Of a stretch of 64,000 nt of DNA, positions 35,498 to 64,000 are shown in pieces (the first letter of the stretch is position 1; the number at the start of each line of letters is the position of its first letter). A program made the position numbers and the translations under genes. The DNA comes from Chrysomallon squamiferum (lineage: Eukaryota > Animalia > Mollusca), in contig CM022665.1 of assembly GCA_012295275.1 (NCBI GenBank), forward strand, positions 23,994,001 to 24,058,000, written 5' to 3'. The notes under the pieces were generated by a model that saw only the letters and a program-made list of their open reading frames with translations, was not told the DNA's origin and made no database searches.

Positions 35498-37163
35498 ATG
35501 TAATTAGTTGCTAATTCACTAATGTCCACTATAGTTTCCTCTTCTTTAGTTTTTAATAATAATTATAATGTCTGTTTGTATTTCAGGGTTTTGTTGAAGA
35601 TCCCACAAATCCACCGGATATATATGCCCATAGCAAAATTATGGATGAAATGCAGAGAGTATTTTACTTGAATCCTATATGGAGCCAGAGATCTGCTAGA
35701 CAGTTTGGGATTTATCTTCCAGAAGGAGATCTCAGAAGGGGAGAATCTGGTTTTATTTACCCCAACAAGATGTTTTCGGGAGATGAATATGAAGTCAAAA
35801 TTGCAGGTATTCAGTGTCTTTTGTTTAGCGATGAAAAAATGTTCTTCAAACAATATTAATAATAATAAAATGAACTTGTTACAAATATGACGATAATTGA
35901 TCCGATTGCTGTCCTTTTGAATAAATAAAGTGAAGAAAATAGATACTCTAAGAACCTAAATTTCAAACAGAAAGAACTAAAAAAAATCCAGCATGGTGGT
36001 TTATTTCTGATTTATTAATTTCAGTAATATGTAAAAACTAACAAACACTTTTTTTTTTTCTTCCTCCCCCCTCAGGTATTAAAATGGTATTGATTCACAT
36101 CCCTGGAGAAACTTCAGATCAAATTGGCGTATGGTTGAAGAAAGAAAAAGTATTTATGTGTGGAGATAACCTGTATAAAGCGTTCCCCAATCTCTATACC
36201 ATCCGGGGAAGCCCGCGAAGAAGTACATTGGACTGGTTTGCTTCTCTTGACAAGATTCTTGATCTGAAACCCGATGTGCTCGTGCCAAGTCACATGATGC
36301 CTATTCAAGGCTGGGCACAGGTTAACTCGATCATGACGCAATACAGAGACGGCGTTCAGTTCGTGCACGACCAGTCCGTGAGATACATGAACAAAGGATA
36401 TCTTCCTGATGAAATTGCAGCCGTCGTAAAGCTGCCACCCAAACTGGCAAAGCATCCATACCTCGAAGAATTATACGGAACACTGCATTGGTCAGTGAAA
36501 GGTGTATTCAGTGGTTATGTCGGCTGGTTTAGCGGCGACCCTGTTGACCTTACACCTTTGACCCCAAACGAAGAAGCTACACGATTGGTGGATTTAGGCG
36601 GTGGTATACTGAAAATTCTTGAAAGTGCAGAGCAAGCTGCAATGAGACGAGATTATCAGTGGGCGCTGAGACTGAGTTCGAGCGTGATAAGAGTTTCTCC
36701 TGACAATTCTAATGCAAAAACCATAAAAGCCGATGCCCTTCAGAAACTGTCGCAGAAAGAAACTAGTGTGAACGGAATATTTTATTACCAATCTTGTGCT
36801 GCGGAAACTTTGGGAGAAATCGATACAAAGACACCCGTCTCTAGTCTGAAAGCTTCATTGAGACAAGCCTCATTATGGCATCTCTTCAATACCCTAAGGG
36901 TATATTTCAAGCCAGAAGTATGCCAAAGCAAGGATATCACCATCGTGTTTAAAATCCTTTATGACATCCCGAAGTTTATAAAATTACATATCCGAAATGG
37001 TGTAGCGGTTGTTACTGAAGTTACGTCCTTTAGTGGTGACGCTGACGTGCACCTAACAGAAGATCAATGCCAAGAGCTTCTCATTTATTTAATGTTAGGA
37101 TCATGTGAAGATATGGCTGTTACTGGCTTAACTAAAGATATCGTACCATGCTTTGGCCAGTAA
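33784..37163 (+). CDS. Alkyl/aryl-sulfatase of SdsA1/BDS1 type (class III sulfatase: metallo-beta-lactamase domain, dimerisation domain, SCP2-like C-terminal domain) with N-terminal signal peptide, 4 coding exons, ~552 aa
   Basis: Exons 33784-33927 (MSWHKHSLAVVLLFATLISECVLQ.., hydrophobic leader), 35120-35326, 35587-35806, 36076-37163. Introns are GT..AG with phases 0,0,1; total 1659 nt. Motifs: GYALGN..IEG..LVIVD, IIYTHNHKDH (HxHxDH zinc motif), RQFG, HIPGETSDQ, GDN, PNLYTIRGSPRR, LVPSH, YRDGVQFVHDQSVRYMNKG, ELYGT..WSVKG...GYVGWFSGDP, DYQWAL. Confidence 0.92.
34020..34338. mobile_element. Possible hAT-like non-autonomous element in sulfatase intron 1
   Basis: Ends CAGAGGCGTA...TACGCTGCTCTG are imperfect inverted repeats, flanked by TGTTACAT / TGTTACAC (8-bp TSD-like, overlapping the right end). 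Confidence 0.4.
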
Positions 37164-37282
37164 CACTAAAACATCTAAGGGTAACTGTATTCTGCTAAGT
37201 CACTAAAACATCTAAGGGTAACAGAATTCTGCATCACTTTCTGCTAACAACTAAAATACACTTTGGGGTAACTGCATTCTGC
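37164..37282. repeat. Three diverged copies of a ~37-48 bp unit immediately after the sulfatase stop codon
   Basis: CACTAAAACATCTAAGGGTAAC....TTCTGC at 37164, 37201 and ~37250. Confidence 0.75.
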
Positions 37283-37679
37283 GTAGCATTCCACCTTTTG
37301 TTTTTCTTCATAATCAGTGGCACATGCTTTACTTTCCTATACTCAACTGATCGTCCAAAACTATTCGTTATAATGAGGTAAAATTAAATACGATAGATTT
37401 TAAATAAATTGCATTATTTTAATTACACAACTGAGCAGTTCGACAACATTTATTTTATGAACTGGAAAATGCTGTAGAAAAATCTTCTGTAACTAAAGCT
37501 TGACCTAAATCACCCAAGCTGGAATTTCTTCTACTTCTGTTATTAACATAAAATAATACTGAAACGGAGTCATTATGTTTCCTTCAATACATTTTAACTT
37601 TGAAAGCTCTCAGATAGGAAATATATATATTTTTCTTTTGTAACTGATTTGTCGTTTTACCAATACTAAAATATTAAAT

Positions 37680-37720
37680 AATAAACAACTTTCTGCAATT
37701 ACTTTGTTGTTTTATTTGTT
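37680..37720 (+). terminator. Candidate polyadenylation signal of the sulfatase gene
   Basis: AATAAA at 37680-37685 followed by a GT/T-rich downstream element (ctttgttgttttatttgtt). It faces the nidogen 3' end; a minus-strand AATAAA occurs at ~37884. Confidence 0.35.
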
Positions 37721-39962
37721 TTTAATATAGAGTGCTGCAGTGTACTCGTTCTTTCTTTCTTTTGAATTGTTCTGTTTCGTCTTTCAGTAATCTCTCTCTC
37801 TCACACACACACACACACTCACACACGAATTATACGCTATTCATTTAAAAGAAGAAGAAAAACAAATTCTGCTGATAAAATTATTTATTTTATATGACAG
37901 TACAGCATCACTATTTCAACCTTACAACTGTTTAGTATTAAAAACAACATCTATAAAGTTAATCTGGATGAATAATTAATTTTATTTCACGTATATCATA
38001 GAAAATTATTAAAATGTTTACAAAACAATATGTCATGCAAACTTTGAAATGAATTGGAAATGTATGCTTTCCAACTCCTTTCCAAAAGATGAACAAATGC
38101 TTAATATGCATTACTGTAATATTAGTTATAATTATAAACTTAAATTTTAAATAACAATATTTAGCGCACACACACACACAAAAACAAATTCCCCCCAAAT
38201 CCCCCTATAATATAAACTCGATGGTTCGTTGAAAAACATACATAGCCTATTATTTATTTATAACATCAATTTCGAAATTTTATTGTTAAAATACATACAG
38301 ATCAAAATGCATTTTCAAAATGGCGCATTTTTGTTGTTGTTATTACTATCGTTACTTAACTACCTAACAAAATGTAATAAGAATAAATCACGTAACAAGT
38401 AGTGGAAAAAAATAAAACAAAATTTTGTGAATACATTTCATTCAGCTATGTTGATGCAAAGAAATCCAACTTTTAGAAAAATTCTAAAATATTTAAATAA
38501 TTAATACAAACAATGAATTAATTAATACAAGTGTTAAAAAAACAAACAGATCTACTACATCTGTGGATGAATGTTTAGGACAATGGAAGACACTAGAAAT
38601 AAAAAAAAATATTTTTAATATACATACGAAACGATTAACATTTATAAACACATAACGACCGAGATGTACATGCATTTCTAAAAACATTAATAACACATAT
38701 TAAACATAATGTATACAGATAAAGCAAAAAAGGAGTTACAACAGCCAAGGAAACTTGTTAACGCATATTCCATATTATTATGGAATCTGGAGCCTGGCTG
38801 TACCATTTTGGAGCTTCTTGTATACAAATGTTAGGCAGTATGGAGCTTTTTCATATATGTAAACCGACCATCAAGGTATTAAGATACGTAACTCAACAAA
38901 ACATACTACATCTACAAATCTACAGTATTTAATACTAGACAACAAATATAGATATACTAAATGAATAAAATAATTGTAAACAGTAAAAAAATATATACAA
39001 GTGGTTTGGCACGAAAATGAACATATTTAAAGCTCATTTTGGGGATCTTGGGTTAGTGGTTTTCGTTGATGTCACAAAATGTCCATATTTGAAAACAAAA
39101 ATAATTGTTGAGTATTTGGTAATTGTTAAGTCTAATTAATTACAGTTATAATAAATGTTCGATAAGGTTGGTATACGCATAGAATATTATGATATTACTT
39201 CTGAAATGAAATCAGAATATAAACAGTAAGGTTATTTCAGTTTCTTTTGGTATAAAAACCACTATGGTCTTTGAAGCTATTTACAGTCAAACAGTAATAC
39301 ATGTGGCGATATTGCCACTGACAAAAGCAAACTCTTCACTTTGTAAATGATCTTTGAAAATGATTTTTATCCCGAAACATGTTCTGTACTGCAGATATCA
39401 GTTTCGGTCTGAAATTGTTGTCACACTGAAAACCAGCTTACCAGTTATGCTGAAATATCTGTCTGAATGTAAATCAGAACACAAGTTATTTCAACACTAA
39501 ATGATTTATCTGTATCTTCTGCACTAAACTAATAAAATACAGACACATAAAACGTTTTTAAAATATTATAAGTGACCGATAAAGTACGATGAATACTCCC
39601 GATCATAATGAAACTTTGAATTTGTAGACGATAAGAAATTATTTATGCGTTTAGTTACAGTTTTATTTTTGGACATGCAGAAAGATAAAAAAAAAAAAAA
39701 AAAATGTTGAGTAGCAACATCTGCTGAAAATCTCAAAACATTATTATTATTATTTCACAAATATTACAAACATAATGCGGTAACATATTAAAACTACTAA
39801 TAAACAATTGTTTAAAACCAGTTTACATTATTACCAATGTTTACATTAATAAATTCTATATCAAATATTGATTAGAATTTATACTTAATTATGCTATATA
39901 AAACTTTGAATGAGACCGCTCAATCCACAAGAAATAAATGTTGTGAACATTGCACGGACAGA

Positions 39963-60219
<20,257 letters not shown>

Positions 60220-60239
60220 TTTGAAGCCTAATTTCACTG

Positions 60240-60620
60240 CAATATTTTTAATTTTTCTAACACTTTATCTAGAAAGGAGCTCGCCTAGCACTATCAGACA
60301 TTAGAACCCATTGCTGAGAGATAATCGGCGGACCTTCCGTTTGCCGTCTGCTCATTGGTTAACGTCTGTGACGTCGCGCTCTCTGGGGATTAAGTTGCTG
60401 CTGCCGGTATAAACACTTTGTACCCATCTGGTGGTCATATGATAACAATTTGTACCCTACGGGGTCTGCTATCCAATGTCCAGTAGCAACCTTTTCTGCA
60501 GTCCATTAGGGTCGGTCGTGTGGTCACATCACAGGGTAAAGAGATCATGGGAAAATAAAACCGCGCGAGACACTTGGTTTGAAGTTACTGGTAAAACACT
60601 TTTCTCGTGTCGGTTTGGCG
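60240..60620 (-). promoter_or_regulatory. Putative nidogen proximal promoter (CpG-rich island)
   Basis: Local rise in GC and CpG directly upstream of the ATG; CCAAT box (attgg at ~60354) and CRE-like TGACGTCG at ~60369. Confidence 0.45.
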
Positions 60621-61029
60621 ATATATTTCTTTAGAAACACAAAGGTTTCAAGTTTTTAAACTTTTTATCAAACTTATTTACAAGACTTTCACAGACATTT
60701 TGTAATAATGCAGATTTCGAACTGCAAATATCTGTTCATGGCAGAAAAAAAAAGTATTCTACCCACCTAAATAAACAAAGCAGGATCGAATCAAAATAAA
60801 TTACAATTTTGATTCGTTTTACTTTTTGTTTCTTCTTCTTTGTGTGTATGTGTGTGTGTTTTGTTTAAAAGTATACGTATATTTTTTATTATTTATTTAT
60901 TTATTTTAGTCTGTTTGTTTCCAATTTATTATAATTTATTATTATGAATATTTTAATTGTACTATAAAATAATGTACATTGCTTTTGTATGCATGCATCC
61001 AGTCAAGTCTGAATGTGTCGTATAATAAA

Positions 61030-61280
61030 TTTGTCAACGAGTACACAGATAATGGGAGAGAAAAACAGCTTCTATTTTTTTTCTGTCTTGCTTGCAAGAT
61101 ATATTTTTAATATTCACCTTTTCTACAGTGACAAGAAAAATATGTATTATACAGTATTTCATACATTAGTTTTGAGGCACAGGCTTGACCCAGAAACATT
61201 CCAATAAAGGCATCATGGAGGATTGATCCTGTAACATGCAAACACGCCCCGACCGGTCTATTACCACATATAGTCATCCC
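61030..61280 (-). mobile_element. Degenerate tRNA-derived SINE-like element between nidogen and RTRAF
   Basis: The minus strand starts GGGGATGACTATATGTGGTAATAGACCGG..ACAGGATCAATCC, resembling A and B boxes, followed by a core-like segment. Similar decayed pieces occur near 10520-10640, 29340-29560 and 44010-44130. Confidence 0.35.
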
Positions 61281-62876
61281 CGAGGTATTTGAAATAGACG
61301 TTTACATAAACACATAATTATATTGTTCCTTTCTTTCCTCCTCCCCCCGCTCGCAATTGTTTGTTTGTTTGTTTATTTTATTTTTTTTTTTATTTTTTTT
61401 TTATCAGTATACCTCGGCTGATAGACACGGTCAACAAACTCGTATCTGTGTCGTTAATCAAACTATGGTTACACAATCTGCATTCACTTGTCGCTGAGGT
61501 AATCGTCAATTTTTATTGCAGTCTCTTTTCGTTAAACCATACAGCTAGACGGCTCCATGTTTTGTTAACTTTTGTCTGGAATTTTAATGGATGGCTGCAG
61601 CTTACTAGTGATGATAACTAACATAGAACATATATTTTTTGTCTCGTTACGTGCCTATGGGAATTACGCAATTCTTTAATAAATTATACACAACAGAATC
61701 CGCCTAATGTTGTTTTATATATATATATTTTTTTTTTAAACTAGCATTTGGTGCTGCAGGTAACATTTGAATGCATACCTCTACAATAATAATAATAATA
61801 AAGTAAAAAACAAATTAAAAAAAGCTCAACATACTTTTTGTGTAGGGGGTTTGATTTCTTTAGTTATTTTTATGTATATTCTAATGTTGCTAATGATCTC
61901 ACAATGCTTTGGACATAAAGACATAAAAAATAAAAACAAACAATACATATTATTTCTAGGTTTCTCTTTTCAAAGAACAAAACAATTTTATGTACAAGTT
62001 TTTCACAAGCAGAAACATACTGCACCAGAAAAAGAACAATCATTCACAAACATTGAAACAAAATAAAATACATAATTTCTGTTTTCTCCTTTCACATTAA
62101 AATAATGAATAACTAACCAGATAAGCTAATCTCTGAACTAAACGATATAGGGAGACAAATACCAGTCTATAATAAACAAATGTTTAATGTATTTAATAGC
62201 TCTTGTAACCAGGGAATTCCTTTTATCTGTGAAACCATGATGTGCAATACAGTAATGTTTCAACTAAAGGGTATGGGGAGAAAAATAACATGGTAAAATA
62301 AATGCTTATTATATATAATAGTCCTAGAAGCCACTGCTTTAGTATGTAATACTTCTCAAAGTAAACATCATTTTTAATAAACTAACTTTTAAACAAAAAA
62401 AGGTAAAGCGAAAAAAAATGCTAAACATTAAACATTTATAACATTCCTTGAAACTGGAAGATTAATTCATGTTTTTATAAATTTTATAAAAACAATAATA
62501 TTAACCACTGAAATCAAACTTTTTTTTTATACACAATAAAAGTTCTTTTTTTCTACTAACTTATGAAAATGCAGAAATAACTGTTTCAAACCATTTGATT
62601 ATCTAGGTTCTTTAGGGGGTTTTTCATATATTTTTGGTTTCTTTCTTTTTAAAATCATTACAAGACTTCAACAATAAACATTTTTGAAAAAAAAATCCAT
62701 CGCATAATTATGCTAAAAAAAAAAATTTCAAGTTTAATGCTCAGTGGGCTCAGATAAAACTCTGAAATGGAACTCAAACTTTCTGTTCAGAAAAGAAACA
62801 GTTTATACAACAGGCCAAGCTTTAACAACAAAACACTGCTGGCTGTGCACCAAATATTTCTAACCCATGGCAGACA

Positions 62877-63681
62877 TCACCGTCCCACTTTACCAAGTCT
62901 ACTGTCAGTTTTAGGATTGGCTGTTATGGCTTGTACAGCAACAATGGCTGAATTTATCTGAGTCTGGAGTTCTCTCAAGTCCTTTATATGAAGAAGTCGC
63001 AGGATTTTTGCTGCTTCATTCATAATGTAATCTACAAGAAAGAAACAAATATTCAGTAGAGGTATCTTAAACTGAGTCTATTTACATTTTGGTTAACTGC
63101 ATTATTGTTGCTGGGCAGATGATTTTTTTTATATTTTTTTTTATAAATAGGAATAAAGAATACATGTCATCATACATAAATATAACTATGCAAGATTCAT
63201 TGAGAACAAATTAAAAAGAAATTATGAAAAGTGTTAGTTTTTAAAAAAGTTTTTGATTTCAAATAATGGTTTTATTTATAAGGAAAATATTAAAGAACAA
63301 TTACAACATATACAAATTAAACTAAATAGGCATATATATAATCATACAAAAAAAAGAAAAACATGTTTGTTTTCAAATCTTTCTTTTTGCTTCAGGTAAC
63401 AGATTACTGAGCTGTAGAGATTAACATGCACATCATTTTATGGGAAGCAATATCTACATATGGGAGATAATTCTTTGCTTTTATCATTGAAAAGGAAAAC
63501 TGAAATTTTCTGGTATCTTTTCAATATAAATTTCAGCTATTATTTATGCAATTTAACCAAGATTTCTTAACAAGTTTAACATAAAATAAAAATAAAATTT
63601 TATATCATATATAACTGAAAAAATATACTTACCACCTGCCTCAAATCCCAACTCCATTTTATCAAGAGGAATTTCATCAGG
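62877..63681 (-). CDS. RTRAF: RNA transcription, translation and transport factor (RTRAF / C14orf166 / CGI-99; tRNA-splicing ligase complex subunit), last two coding exons; 5' part lies beyond the window
   Basis: Exon 63681-63633 (PDEIPLDKMELGFEAG; cag|, |gtaagt) and exon 63031-62877 (DYIMNEAAKILRLLHIKDLRELQTQINSAIVAVQAITANPKTDSRLGKVGR*). The C-terminus matches the recalled conserved RTRAF end ..ILRLLHIEELRELQT.IN.AIVAVQ...A.PKTD.RLGKVGR. Not present in the ORF track. Confidence 0.92.
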
Positions 63682-64000
63682 CTGAACAAAGAAAATTGAA
63701 TATTTTAATAATCTGTGTTAACTGATGATTACCATACAATAATTTTATTATGCAGGTATGTGATTTCCTGTAAAATTTTCACTAAAGAAATCCAAAATGA
63801 TCCCAGTTATCTGATGAACAGTCAAAGACAATTTTATCATGAAGTAATAATCACTGCCTACAAAATTTTCATTAAAAAATCCACATTAAAAGCACAGGGG
63901 AAAAAAAAGAAAAAAAAAAAAAAAAAAAAGAGAAGAAGAAAAAATTAAATAACATAAATTAAATGTAATATCCAACAATCAAAACGTTCTTCTTAACTAA

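Noticed and set aside
37149-37163. C-terminal CFGQ of the sulfatase as a CaaX prenylation motif
   Set aside because: Gly at the a2 position is unfavourable and the protein has a signal peptide, so it would not meet cytosolic prenyltransferases.
33784-37163. Bacterial contamination or very recent HGT as the source of the sulfatase
   Set aside because: It has three canonical spliceosomal introns containing host-type simple repeats, and it is contiguous with HHAT and nidogen.
39894-39962. Stop-codon readthrough of nidogen would add a hydrophobic 22-aa tail (SVRAMFTTFISCGLSGLIQSFI)
   Set aside because: The stop context TGA-T is not the leaky TGA-C(TAG) type and no conservation data are available; likely chance.

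Overview
AT-rich, microsatellite-dense eukaryotic (animal) genomic DNA. Gene architecture and repeat types suggest a protostome invertebrate, probably a mollusc or gastropod (inference). I reconstructed four spliced protein-coding genes by hand, with GT-AG introns and consistent reading phases. (1) Hedgehog acyltransferase HHAT (MBOAT family), + strand, 10 coding exons, 18658-27527, ~525 aa. (2) A bacterial-type SdsA1/BDS1-family alkyl sulfatase (metallo-beta-lactamase fold) with a signal peptide, + strand, 4 coding exons, 33784-37163, ~552 aa. (3) Nidogen/entactin, - strand, 24 coding exons, 60219-39963, ~1268 aa. (4) The last two exons of RTRAF (C14orf166/CGI-99), - strand, 63681-62877; the gene continues beyond the window. 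The first ~16 kb has no recognisable coding exons. Repeats include an internally deleted LINE, several MITEs (one resembling mammalian Tigger4/Zombi), SINE-like remnants, a 77-bp minisatellite, local duplications and many simple repeats. Almost all short ORFs in the supplied track are simple-repeat artefacts. The most notable items are the intron-containing, apparently secreted alkyl sulfatase and the Tigger4-like MITE. Family assignments come from recalled motifs, not database searches.
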